A stretch of DNA of 64,000 nt from an uncultured Gemmatimonadales bacterium (GTDB lineage Bacteria > Gemmatimonadota > Gemmatimonadetes > Gemmatimonadales > Gemmatimonadaceae): NCBI GenBank assembly GCA_963707505.1, contig CAVPQB010000004.1, positions 768,001 through 832,000 of the forward strand, given 5' to 3'. The notes under the pieces were generated by a model that saw only the letters and a list, made by a program, of their open reading frames with translations, made no database searches and was not told the DNA's origin. Below are positions 9,003 through 18,216 of the stretch, in pieces. A program made the translations under genes and the position numbers. Numbering within the stretch: position 1 is the stretch's first letter; each line of letters begins with the position of its first letter.

Positions 9003-10811
9003 ATGACCGCGCCCGCCCTGTCATTCCACGAAGAAGAGGCGCTCGGCAAAGCTTACGACAGCAGGTTGATGCGGAGGCTCCTGGCCTTCGCCGCACCGTA
9101 CCGAGCGCTGATCGCCATCGCGCTGTTCTTCCTCATGATCGAAGGCGCCCTGCAGCTCGTGGGGCCGTTTTTGACGCAACGCGTCATCGACGTCGCAATT
9201 CCGCAGCACGATTATGCGACGATAAAGCTCGCGGTTGTGCTGTACGGACTCTCGCTCGTTCTGGAGCTCGGGACGTCGTACGGCCAGACCTGGTTCACGG
9301 CGCTGCTGGGCCAGAACGTGATGCGCGACCTCCGGCTGCAGCTCTTCAGTCACCTCCAGCGGCTGCCGATCGCGTTCTTCGACCGAAATCCTGCTGGCCG
9401 CCTCATCACGCGCGTGACGTCGGACGTCGAAACGCTGAACGAGCTCTTCACGGCGGGCGTGGTGAGCGGAATGGGCGACCTGTTCACGCTGCTCGCAATC
9501 AGCGTCGCGATGCTCGTGACCGACTGGCGGCTGGCGCTCGCGGCCTTCGGCGTGATTCCGCTCGTCGTTCTCGTCTCGCACGTCTTTCGCGTCAAGGTGC
9601 GCGAGGCCTATCGCGACATTCGCACTCGACTCGCCCGAATCAATGCCTTCCTGCAGGAACGGCTCGTTGGGATGCGTGTCGTTCAACTGTTCGGAAGAGA
9701 GCGAGACGAGGCTCGACGCTTCGACGAGCTGAACAGGAGCCATCTGGATGCACATCTGCGCTCGATTACGGTCTACGCGCTGTACTTCCCCGCGATCGAG
9801 ATCCTTACGTCGGTTGCCTTGGCAAGTCTCCTGGTCGCCGGCGCTGCGCGAGTCGAGGCGGCGACACTGACGGTCGGAACCGTAGCCGCTTTTCTGCAGC
9901 TGGTACGGCGCTTCTTTCAGCCCCTACAGGACCTCTCCGACAAGTACAACACGCTCCAGACCGCGATGGCCAGCTCGGAGCGGATATTCCATCTTCTGGA
10001 CACGGAGCCCTGGGTGGACGTATCAGGTGACGAGCACCTGACGCGAGAGCGTCCGAAGACAGTCCTCGTGGAATTCCAGAACGTCTGGTTCGCCTATGAC
10101 CGTCCGCACTCGGCGGCCTCCAGGGCAGCCGCCGAGCCTGAATGGGTGCTCCGCAACGTCAGCTTCACTGCGCGCCCCGGTCAGACACTGGCGATCGTCG
10201 GACACACCGGCGCAGGAAAGACGACGATCGTCAGTCTGCTGATGCGATTCTACGATCCGCAGAAGGGACGGATCCTCGTCAACGGAAAGGATGTGCGCGA
10301 CATGCCCGTGGAGCAACTTCGCGAGCTGATCGGATACGTGCAGCAGGACATCTTTCTATTCGCGGGGGACGTCGCCTCAAACATCCGTCTTTCGGCGCCG
10401 CTCTCGGATGAGCAGGTGCAGTCAGCGGCGGAGCAGGTGGGGGCCGACAGAATCATCCGCCGCCTTACAAATGGCTATCATCAGGTGTTGGGCGAGCGTG
10501 GCGCGTCGATAAGCGTCGGCGAGCGCCAGTTGTTATCGTTCGCACGGGCGGTCGCCGCCGATCCCGCCTTGTTGATCCTGGACGAGGCGACGAGCGCCGT
10601 GGATAGTGAGGTCGAAGCTGAGATCCAGCAGGCGCTGAGCGTCCTTCTGGCCGGACGGACGACGATCGCCATCGCGCACCGTCTGAGCACCATAGTAGAT
10701 GCGGACGATATTATCGTGATGCACCATGGCGAGGTGGTGGAACATGGGACACATGACGCACTTCTTGCGCTGGATGGCCTGTACGCACGCCTCTGGCGCT
10801 TGCAGATTTAA
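9003..10811 (+). CDS. ABC exporter, fused permease/ATP-binding protein (MdlB/MsbA-like)
   Basis: N-terminal TM domain, Walker A GHTGAGKT, signature ISVGERQ, Walker B LILDEATS, H-loop IAHRLST. Confidence 0.92.
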   Translation: MTAPALSFHEEEALGKAYDSRLMRRLLAFAAPYRALIAIALFFLMIEGALQLVGPFLTQRVIDVAIPQHDYATIKLAVVLYGLSLVLELGTSYGQTWFTALLGQNVMRDLRLQLFSHLQRLPIAFFDRNPAGRLITRVTSDVETLNELFTAGVVSGMGDLFTLLAISVAMLVTDWRLALAAFGVIPLVVLVSHVFRVKVREAYRDIRTRLARINAFLQERLVGMRVVQLFGRERDEARRFDELNRSHLDAHLRSITVYALYFPAIEILTSVALASLLVAGAARVEAATLTVGTVAAFLQLVRRFFQPLQDLSDKYNTLQTAMASSERIFHLLDTEPWVDVSGDEHLTRERPKTVLVEFQNVWFAYDRPHSAASRAAAEPEWVLRNVSFTARPGQTLAIVGHTGAGKTTIVSLLMRFYDPQKGRILVNGKDVRDMPVEQLRELIGYVQQDIFLFAGDVASNIRLSAPLSDEQVQSAAEQVGADRIIRRLTNGYHQVLGERGASISVGERQLLSFARAVAADPALLILDEATSAVDSEVEAEIQQALSVLLAGRTTIAIAHRLSTIVDADDIIVMHHGEVVEHGTHDALLALDGLYARLWRLQI

Positions 10812-10859
10812 CAATCACCTTTGAAACGATCACGCTTGTGAGCCTCTAGTGAGCCTCTA

Positions 10860-11651
10860 GTGCATTTTGCAGTAGCCGCCGGCTCGGACGTCGGACGAGT
10901 TCGGAAAGGGAACGAGGACAGCTTCTTTGCGGACGCCAACGAGTATCGCGGCCTGTTCATGGTCGCGGACGGGATGGGCGGGCACGCGGCCGGTGAGGTC
11001 GCGAGCCAGATGGCCGTCGAAGTGGTTTCGGTGGACCTGGAGAAGCTCAAGGACCTCGAGAGTGCGGACGCGCTCGAGATGGTGTCGCTTGCGCTGCGCC
11101 ACGCCAACCGATCCGTGTTCGAGCGGAGCGCCGCCGAGCGGGACAAGATGGGGATGGGGAGCACCGCATCGGTGCTTGTGCTGGGCGACGAGCGTTTCAT
11201 CATCGGTCACCTCGGCGACTCCCGGATCTATCTGTTTCGCGACGGCGAGCTGCGCCAGATCACGCACGACCATTCGGTTGTGCAGGAGCAGATCGACGCC
11301 GGCCTCATCACGCGCGATGCAGCCAAGAACCACAAGCAGAGCAACGTGATAACGCGCTGCGTTGGAATGGGCTGGGACGTGGAGCCCGACATCACTGACG
11401 GTGACGTTCGCCAGGGCGATGTGTTCCTGCTCGCCAGCGACGGTCTCACCGGCATGGTGGACGACTGGCGTCTTCAGCAACTGCTTGGCTCACGCGCGAC
11501 GCCGGACCGCCTGGTGGACGCGATGATCTCGGAAGCAAATGCGCGCGGCGGGGTAGACAACATTACGGTTGTCGTCGTGCGCGTGCATTCGTCGTCTGCC
11601 ATGGCGACAGGGGCGCATCCGACAAATCCCGGAGCCGGTTCAATTGGCTGA
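10860..11651 (+). CDS. PP2C-type Ser/Thr protein phosphatase (Stp1/PrpC family)
   Basis: SDVGRVRKGNEDS, VADGMGGHAAGEVAS, HLGDSRIY, LASDGLT, GGVDNITVV. Confidence 0.93.
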   Translation: MHFAVAAGSDVGRVRKGNEDSFFADANEYRGLFMVADGMGGHAAGEVASQMAVEVVSVDLEKLKDLESADALEMVSLALRHANRSVFERSAAERDKMGMGSTASVLVLGDERFIIGHLGDSRIYLFRDGELRQITHDHSVVQEQIDAGLITRDAAKNHKQSNVITRCVGMGWDVEPDITDGDVRQGDVFLLASDGLTGMVDDWRLQQLLGSRATPDRLVDAMISEANARGGVDNITVVVVRVHSSSAMATGAHPTNPGAGSIG

Positions 11652-11847
11652 AGAGCCTTTCGAACAAGTGTCCGAATCGACGCAGGATGTTGGCGAGTTG
11701 GCGCGACTCTACCTTGGAAATATTCTGTATGCGCTCGAGCTGGCCTCTCTCTCGCTGGAAGATCAGGGAAAGAGTCCCGACGCGCAGTTCTATCGCGGCA
11801 TAGCCCGGAAGCTGGCGGAGGCGCACGGCGCTTCCAGAAAGGGTTGA
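11644..11847 (+). CDS. Small hypothetical protein (67 aa)
   Basis: TTG start overlapping the phosphatase stop with GGAG upstream; helical-looking sequence ARLYLGNILYALE...FYRGIARKLAEA; fills the gap before hppD. Confidence 0.6.
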   Translation: MAEEPFEQVSESTQDVGELARLYLGNILYALELASLSLEDQGKSPDAQFYRGIARKLAEAHGASRKG

Positions 11848-11884
11848 CGATCGGGATCGGCATGTACCACAACGGAGGTACTAA

Positions 11885-13027
11885 ATGGCAACGGCGACAT
11901 TACCAGAGCAGGCAGCGACGGGAGACACGTTCCCGATCAACGGAACTGATTACATCGAGTTCTATGTGGGGAACGCGAAGCAGGCGGCCCATTATTACGT
12001 GAGCGCATTCGGTTTCAACGTGGTCGCGTACAGAGGTCCGGAGACAGGCGTTCGCGACCGGGCGAGCTATCTGCTGCAGCAGGACAAGATCCGTTTCGTT
12101 CTTACCACCGCGATTCGTCCCGATCTGAGCGATGAGGCCAAGACCATCGCCGATCACGTCTACAAACACGGTGACGGCGTGCGCGATCTTGCGCTCTGGG
12201 TGGACGACGCGCGTGACGCGTACGCAAAGGCGGTCGAGCGCGGCGCCGAGTCGGTACACGAGCCGCGTGTGATGCGTGATGACAACGGCGAGATTGTCAT
12301 CGCTGCGATCAAGACGTACGGTGAGACGATTCACTCGCTGGTGGAGCGAAAGAACTACAAGGGACTGTTCATGCCGGGCTTCCGGCCGGTGACGCAGGCG
12401 TACCAACCGCCGTCGGTGGGCCTCAAGTACGTCGACCACTGCGTCGGCAACGTCGAGCTGGGCAAGATGAACGTGTGGGTCGATTTCTACGCGACCGTGA
12501 TGGGTTTCCGCAATCTCCTCACGTTCGATGACAAGATGATCAGCACGGAATACTCATCCTTGATGTCGAAGGTGATGGCGAACGGGAACGATCGCATCAA
12601 GTTCCCGATCAACGAGCCGGCGGCCGGCAAGAAGAAGTCGCAGATCGACGAGTATCTGGAGTTCTACAAGGGGCCCGGCGTACAGCACATGGCGCTGGCG
12701 ACGGACGACATCATCGGAACGGTGAAGCAATTGGTGGCTCGCGGAGTTCAGTTCCTGAGCGGCGTACCTGGCACTTACTACTCCGACCTGAAGGAGCGCA
12801 TCGGCAAGATCGACGAGCCGATCGACGAGCTTGCGAAGCTCGGCATTCTGGTCGATCGGGATCCGGACGGATATCTGCTGCAGATCTTCACCAAGCCGGT
12901 CGAGGATCGGCCGACGGTGTTCTACGAAATCATTCAGCGCAAGGGAGCGAAGAGCTTCGGCGCAGGCAACTTCAAGGCGCTGTTCGAAGCGATCGAGAGA
13001 GAGCAGGAATTGCGCGGGAATACGTAA
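11885..13027 (+). CDS. hppD: 4-hydroxyphenylpyruvate dioxygenase
   Basis: DHCVGNV, SQIDEYL...GPGVQHMAL, LLQIFTKP, EIIQRKG..SFGAGNFKALFEAIE; GGAGG RBS. Confidence 0.96.
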   Translation: MATATLPEQAATGDTFPINGTDYIEFYVGNAKQAAHYYVSAFGFNVVAYRGPETGVRDRASYLLQQDKIRFVLTTAIRPDLSDEAKTIADHVYKHGDGVRDLALWVDDARDAYAKAVERGAESVHEPRVMRDDNGEIVIAAIKTYGETIHSLVERKNYKGLFMPGFRPVTQAYQPPSVGLKYVDHCVGNVELGKMNVWVDFYATVMGFRNLLTFDDKMISTEYSSLMSKVMANGNDRIKFPINEPAAGKKKSQIDEYLEFYKGPGVQHMALATDDIIGTVKQLVARGVQFLSGVPGTYYSDLKERIGKIDEPIDELAKLGILVDRDPDGYLLQIFTKPVEDRPTVFYEIIQRKGAKSFGAGNFKALFEAIEREQELRGNT

Positions 13028-13030
13028 CCC

Positions 13031-14230
13031 ATGCCTATCTATCACACGTTAGGCGAGATTCCGAGAAAGCGGCACATCGCGTTCCGGAAGCCGAATGGCG
13101 GTATATACGCCGAAGAGCTGATGGGACACGAAGGGTTCACTGGAACGTCCTCGCTGCTGTATCACACGTATCCGCCGACGACTGTCAAGTCGGTGCGACG
13201 CGTCAAGGAAATGAAGTTCGAGGAAGACAAGGACGTGACGCTTCGCCACCGCCACTTCCTCACGTCGCGCATCAAGAAGGGTGGCAGTCCGACGATGGAT
13301 CGCATTCCGCTGCTGTTCAATCAGGACGTGGCGATGCTGTACGTCGAGCCAAGTGTGGAAGACAGGCACTTCTACAGGAATGCGCAGGCCGATGAGCTGG
13401 TGTACGTTAGCAAGGGCAAGGGTGTGCTCGAGTCCATCTTTGGCGAGCTACCGTTTGGCGAGGGTGACTATCTCGTCATCCATCGCGGCATCATGCACAA
13501 GTATCGTTTCGACAAAAAGGCCGAACAGCCCAAGCTTCTCATCATGGAGAGCAGGGGACACATACGGTGGCCAAAGAGGTATCGCAACGAGTTTGGCCAG
13601 CTCGTGGAAGGCGCGCCGTATTCGGAGCGCGACATTCGGCGTCCCGTGTTCGTTCCACCACACGACGAGATGGGTGATTTTCCGATCTACGTAAAGCAGT
13701 ACGACGGAATCAACGAGCTGGTGTTGGATCACCATCCGTTCGACGTGGTTGGATGGGACGGATATTTCTACCCGTGGGCGTTCAACATCATGGACTTCGA
13801 GCCGATCGTGGGACGCGTGCACCAGCCGCCGCCGGTTCACCAGACGTTTCAGGGCGACGGTTTCGTGGTCTGCTCGTTCTGCCCGCGTCCGTACGACTTT
13901 CATCCGGAAGCGATACCGGCTCCGTACAACCACTCGAACGTCGATTCGGACGAGGTGCTGTATTACGCGTCGAGCGAGTTCATGTCGCGCAAGGGAATCG
14001 AGTTCGGCTCGATCACGCATCATCCGGATGGTCTGCCGCACGGTCCGCATCCGGGTCGCGCAGAGGCGTCGATCGGCGCCAAATACACCGACGAACTCGC
14101 GGTGATGATGGACACGTTCCGTCCGCTCAAGGTGGCGAAGCAGGCGCTCGACATCGAAGATCCGAATTACCACAAGTCATGGATCTCGGCGCAACACGAG
14201 CAGGCAGCGTTTTCTCCGCCGACGTCGTGA
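13031..14230 (+). CDS. hmgA: Homogentisate 1,2-dioxygenase
   Basis: HPFDVVGWDG, PYNHSNVDSDEV, HPDGLPHGPHPG, ELAVMMDTFRPL; directly after hppD. Confidence 0.93.
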   Translation: MPIYHTLGEIPRKRHIAFRKPNGGIYAEELMGHEGFTGTSSLLYHTYPPTTVKSVRRVKEMKFEEDKDVTLRHRHFLTSRIKKGGSPTMDRIPLLFNQDVAMLYVEPSVEDRHFYRNAQADELVYVSKGKGVLESIFGELPFGEGDYLVIHRGIMHKYRFDKKAEQPKLLIMESRGHIRWPKRYRNEFGQLVEGAPYSERDIRRPVFVPPHDEMGDFPIYVKQYDGINELVLDHHPFDVVGWDGYFYPWAFNIMDFEPIVGRVHQPPPVHQTFQGDGFVVCSFCPRPYDFHPEAIPAPYNHSNVDSDEVLYYASSEFMSRKGIEFGSITHHPDGLPHGPHPGRAEASIGAKYTDELAVMMDTFRPLKVAKQALDIEDPNYHKSWISAQHEQAAFSPPTS

Positions 14231-14319
14231 GTTTGCTCGCCGGTGCGCGTCGCTGAAGCTCGTCGTTACCGCGAATGTGGCTCGGGGACACGTCATACAC
14301 GCGAACGCCGCTCAGAGAC

Positions 14320-14425
14320 TCGTCATTCCCGCGAAAGCGGGAATCCATCTGCTGCCGACCAGGTTTGTGGTAACATCGCACTCAAAGATCGATAACATGG
14401 ATTCCCGCTTTCGCGGGAATGACGA
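14320..14425. repeat. Pair of inverted 29-bp palindromic elements (REP/RPE/dRS3-like) with a 48-bp spacer
   Basis: tcgtcattcccgcgaaagcgggaatccat (14320-14348) and its exact reverse complement (14397-14425). Each has the internal hairpin attcccgc-gaaa-gcgggaat. A degenerate copy lies at 14260-14280. Confidence 0.85.
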
Positions 14426-16455
14426 CGCTTAGCCCGCGAGTGGATTCCGAAGCAGTACAACCCATCTGGCGCCCGTCGCCGGAACAGGTTCGTGACGCGA
14501 ATCTCACGCGGTTCGTCGCGTCGCTGCGATCGCGCGGCGAGCTCGCCGCGGGCGAGAGCGGTGTCCCGCTACCGTACGGCGTGTTGCACGAGTGGTCCAT
14601 TCGCAACCGCGAAGAATTCTGGCGCGCGACGGCTGACTTTTGCGGATTGATCGCAGACGGTTTCGATTCGAGCAAGTGCATCGGACTCGATCGCATGGCG
14701 CCGCCGGACGCGGAGCTCGGACCGAAATGGTTCGATGGAACGACGCTCAACTTCGCCGAGAATCTGCTGCGGTTCAGAGACGACCGGCCTGCGATCATTT
14801 CATGGAATGAGAAGGGACGACAGCATCAGCTGACGTTCGCGGAGCTGGGCGGCGAGGTGAGCCGCATCGCAACCGCGTTGCGCGACATGGGCGTCGGAGT
14901 CGGTGACCGCGTCGCAGGCTTCCTGCCGAATATTCCTGAAACCATCATCGCCATGCTTGCGGCGACGACGCTCGGCGCAGTATGGAGCTCGTGCTCGCCG
15001 GATTTTGGAGTGCAGGGAGTGCTCGACAGATTCGGGCAGATCGAGCCCAGGGTGCTGGTGTGCGCTGACGGTTACCGCTACGCAGGGAAGGAGATCGACT
15101 GCCTTGCACGCGTGCGCGAGGTTGCGTCGCGCATTCCGTCGATTACCAACGTGATCATAGTGCCGTATCTCGACGACCGCGTGGACGCGGCGACAGTTCC
15201 GCGTGCCGTGCGGTGGGATTCGCTGCGACGCATCGGACGGTCGCCCGCGTTTGAGAGACTGCCATTCGATCATCCCGTGTACGTGATGTACTCATCCGGC
15301 ACGACGGGCCTTCCCAAGTGCATGGTGCACGGTGCTGGTGGAACGTTGCTGCAGCATCTCAAGGAACTGGTGCTGCACACCAACCTCACGCGCGACGACA
15401 GGATGTTCTACTTCACCACTTGCGGGTGGATGATGTGGAACTGGATGCTGAGCTCCCTCGCTGTCGGCGCGACGGTGGTGCTGTATGACGGCGCACCGCT
15501 GCAGCCGCGCGCTGATATCCTGTGGGATCTTATAGAGCGGGAGCGTGTTACGGTGTTCGGAACCAGCGCAAAGTACCTGGCGCTGGCGGAGAAAGCCGGT
15601 CTCGTTCCGAAGACGAGTCACAACATAACACGGCTACGCTCGATTCTTTCTACTGGAAGTCCACTCGCGGATCACAGCTACGACTACGTGTATCGGCAGA
15701 TCTGCGACGACGTTCACCTCGCGAGCATCAGCGGCGGCACCGACATCATCTCATGCTTCGCGCTGGGGAATCCAACGGCCCCGGTGTATCGCGGTGAGCT
15801 GCAGTGTCGCGGACTTGGAATGGCCGTCGACGTGTTCGATACTGCGGGGAATGGCGTCGCGCGATCGCCTGGCGAGCTCGTATGCACGCGCGCGTTCCCG
15901 AGCATGCCGGTGGGGTTCTGGAACGATCCGGACGGCTCCAGATATCGCGCGGCGTATTTCGAATTCTTCAAGAACGTGTGGCGGCATGGCGATTGGGCGG
16001 AGCTCACCGAACATGATGGGATGATCATCTACGGCCGCAGTGACGCGACGCTCAACCCGGGCGGTGTGCGCATCGGGACAGCAGAGATCTACCGGCAGGT
16101 GGAGCAGCTTCCAGAAGTGATCGAGAGCGTCGCCGTGGGGCAGGAGATCGGCGACGGCGCGCACGGGGATGTCAGGATCGTGCTGTTCGTGAGGCTGCGG
16201 GACGGGGCGACGCTATCGGACGATCTGGTACAGCGGATCAAGCTTCAGATACGGACCAATACGACGCCGTTGCACGTGCCCAAGGTCGTGGTTCAGGTCG
16301 CGGATATACCGCGCACCATTAGCGGGAAGATCAGCGAGATCGCGGTGAGGGAAGTGATTCATGGACGGCCGGTCAGGAACGTAGAGGCGCTGGCGAATCC
16401 GGCCGCCCTGGAGCTGTTCCGTGACCTCTCGGAGCTGGCCTTAACGCAACCGTAG
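14419..16455 (+). CDS. Acetoacetate--CoA ligase
   Basis: AMP-binding motif YSSGTTGLPKCMVH, SISGGTDIISCF, GRSDATLNPGGVRIGTAEIY, PRTISGK, ALANP. Start may be GTG 14440. Confidence 0.92.
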   Translation: MTTLSPRVDSEAVQPIWRPSPEQVRDANLTRFVASLRSRGELAAGESGVPLPYGVLHEWSIRNREEFWRATADFCGLIADGFDSSKCIGLDRMAPPDAELGPKWFDGTTLNFAENLLRFRDDRPAIISWNEKGRQHQLTFAELGGEVSRIATALRDMGVGVGDRVAGFLPNIPETIIAMLAATTLGAVWSSCSPDFGVQGVLDRFGQIEPRVLVCADGYRYAGKEIDCLARVREVASRIPSITNVIIVPYLDDRVDAATVPRAVRWDSLRRIGRSPAFERLPFDHPVYVMYSSGTTGLPKCMVHGAGGTLLQHLKELVLHTNLTRDDRMFYFTTCGWMMWNWMLSSLAVGATVVLYDGAPLQPRADILWDLIERERVTVFGTSAKYLALAEKAGLVPKTSHNITRLRSILSTGSPLADHSYDYVYRQICDDVHLASISGGTDIISCFALGNPTAPVYRGELQCRGLGMAVDVFDTAGNGVARSPGELVCTRAFPSMPVGFWNDPDGSRYRAAYFEFFKNVWRHGDWAELTEHDGMIIYGRSDATLNPGGVRIGTAEIYRQVEQLPEVIESVAVGQEIGDGAHGDVRIVLFVRLRDGATLSDDLVQRIKLQIRTNTTPLHVPKVVVQVADIPRTISGKISEIAVREVIHGRPVRNVEALANPAALELFRDLSELALTQP

Positions 16456-16501
16456 GCGTTTCCCAGTTGCGATTCCGCCGCGCCTTCGCGAGGTTACGCG
16501 G

Positions 16502-16999
16502 ATGCCAATTTTTATCGCCTTGTTCGCCTCCGCCACGATGGCCGTCGCGAGCCCGTCTCCGGTGCAGCACCCGGTGATGCATAGTGTGACAGTTACCGTC
16601 GCCGATACGGAGCCAGCCTGGCGGTCGGTGCGCGCCGATACGATCGGCGATCTGCTCTTCACCACCGAGACGCTGAACGGTCGCGTGCGCTTTGTTGCGG
16701 GTGGCCGCACTGGTGCCACCGCTGTCACGACCTCGGATTTCACTCCGGATTCCGTTCGGACCTGGACCGCTTCTGCAGCCGAGCTCGCGTCCAGCGCGAC
16801 ACCGAAGATGGGCGAGATGCGCGGACTCGGCCTCGCCCTCACTCTCAACGTCACCACGACGACGACCGGGGAGACGGCATTCGGATTCTACGTCGGCGAC
16901 GCGGTGAGCGATCAGCAGGTCGCGTTGGCGCTGACAAAGGACAAGGTCATGCAGCTGACGTCCGACGTGAACAAGGCACTGGATGCGATAGGGCACTGA
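16502..16999 (+). CDS. Exported hypothetical protein
   Basis: Signal-peptide-like N-terminus MPIFIALFASATMAVA; ends just before a terminator. Confidence 0.65.
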   Translation: MPIFIALFASATMAVASPSPVQHPVMHSVTVTVADTEPAWRSVRADTIGDLLFTTETLNGRVRFVAGGRTGATAVTTSDFTPDSVRTWTASAAELASSATPKMGEMRGLGLALTLNVTTTTTGETAFGFYVGDAVSDQQVALALTKDKVMQLTSDVNKALDAIGH

Positions 17000-17015
17000 C
17001 GCAATCCTTTCAACT

Positions 17016-17063
17016 GCAGCAAAGAGGGCGCCGATCGAGTGAGATCGGCGCCCTCTTTGCTGC
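17016..17063. terminator. Bidirectional intrinsic terminator between convergent genes
   Basis: Perfect 21-bp stem gcagcaaagagggcgccgatc / gatcggcgccctctttgctgc with a 6-nt loop. Confidence 0.85.
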
Positions 17064-17078
17064 CATCTATCGACGCCG

Positions 17079-17978
17079 TTACTGCTTTGTCACCTTGTGC
17101 GTGTCGAGGTTGAGCATGTACGCGGTGCCGTTGATGGTCATCGGTACGTTCACCGTTCCGTTGAACGTAACCACCACCTGTCGTGTCGCTGTGTGCGTCG
17201 TGGTGTCACTCGCTTCGCGAGTCCGTACCACTGTGTAGTTCTTCACGAACGTGCCGCTCAGCGGATACGGGTTGATGTCGCGCGGCTGCCGGAACTTGAT
17301 GGCGGACGCCGTATCGGTCGATGTGAAGGTGTAGTCCTTCGTTATCTGGCCCGTGCGAGTGGAGTGAACTGAACCGGTGCCGCTGCCATTCCAGGTGTGC
17401 ACTGTATCGCCGAGGAGCGTGGAGACGGTCCGGTTGTGCAACCGGTACGTGGTGTCGGAGAATGTGTTCTGGTTTGCGCTGAAGCTCGTCTGACCAGTGT
17501 CGGCAACGATGAAGTTTATCGACGCCGTCGTGGACTTGCTAAACGCAGACTGCGTAGTGCCGTTCGCATCGAACAATGCGTAGCTGACGGTATACGTCTG
17601 CGTACCGCGCTTCATCGGTGGGCAGTTGAATCGTCCGGTCGCAGCATTGAACACGCACGACGGACTGATCCATGCGGCCGATCCGCCTGACGGTGGCGTG
17701 TTGACTATCGGAGAAACGCCCGCGCCCACGATCGTTGCGCCGGGACTGTTCACGGAGAACGAAGCGCCAGATCCGGTTAGATCAGCGCCGGACATGAATG
17801 AATAATCAGTCGCGACATCCTCGCCGGCACTCGGCGCCAGGTCCGGCGTTACCGACGCCTCGAACGCAGCTGAGGATGATGGCGACGATGCGCCCGGTGC
17901 AGTCGAGTCGCTGCATGCTACGCCCGCGGCTACCACTAGCGCCGCTGTCAGCGTTGATAACAGGGAACGTGTTTTCAT
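17079..17978 (-). CDS. Hypothetical Thr/Ser-rich lipoprotein
   Basis: MKTR plus a hydrophobic stretch and lipobox GVAC; beta-strand-rich; GGAG RBS. Confidence 0.75.
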   Translation of the reverse strand: MKTRSLLSTLTAALVVAAGVACSDSTAPGASSPSSSAAFEASVTPDLAPSAGEDVATDYSFMSGADLTGSGASFSVNSPGATIVGAGVSPIVNTPPSGGSAAWISPSCVFNAATGRFNCPPMKRGTQTYTVSYALFDANGTTQSAFSKSTTASINFIVADTGQTSFSANQNTFSDTTYRLHNRTVSTLLGDTVHTWNGSGTGSVHSTRTGQITKDYTFTSTDTASAIKFRQPRDINPYPLSGTFVKNYTVVRTREASDTTTHTATRQVVVTFNGTVNVPMTINGTAYMLNLDTHKVTKQ

Positions 17979-18175
17979 CGTATAAGCTCCGTGCCACGAG
18001 GGCCAGGTTCACAATCCGCGCACCAACCGGTGTCTTGCGCGTCGTCGGCGTTTACCGACTTCGCCATCTATGACGCCAAGTCTCGTCAGTGTGTTAAGAG
18101 CCCTGCGATGATAGCGCATAAAGGAAGCGCTAACGTTTACGGGGGAGGGGGCTGCGAAATTCCGGTAGCGATAGA

Positions 18176-18194
18176 TAGTTGACTAAGTCAACTA
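18176..18194. promoter_or_regulatory. Perfect palindrome, candidate transcription-factor operator
   Basis: TAGTTGACT-A-AGTCAACTA (9-1-9) in an AT-rich intergenic patch upstream of the lipoprotein gene. Confidence 0.5.
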
Positions 18195-18216
18195 ATTTTG
18201 ACAGGGGCCGTAAGAG

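Noticed and set aside
18060..18100. CTGACGA on the minus strand suggesting a hammerhead ribozyme core
   Set aside because: The following stem is not followed by the required GAAA, and I could not build stems I and III.
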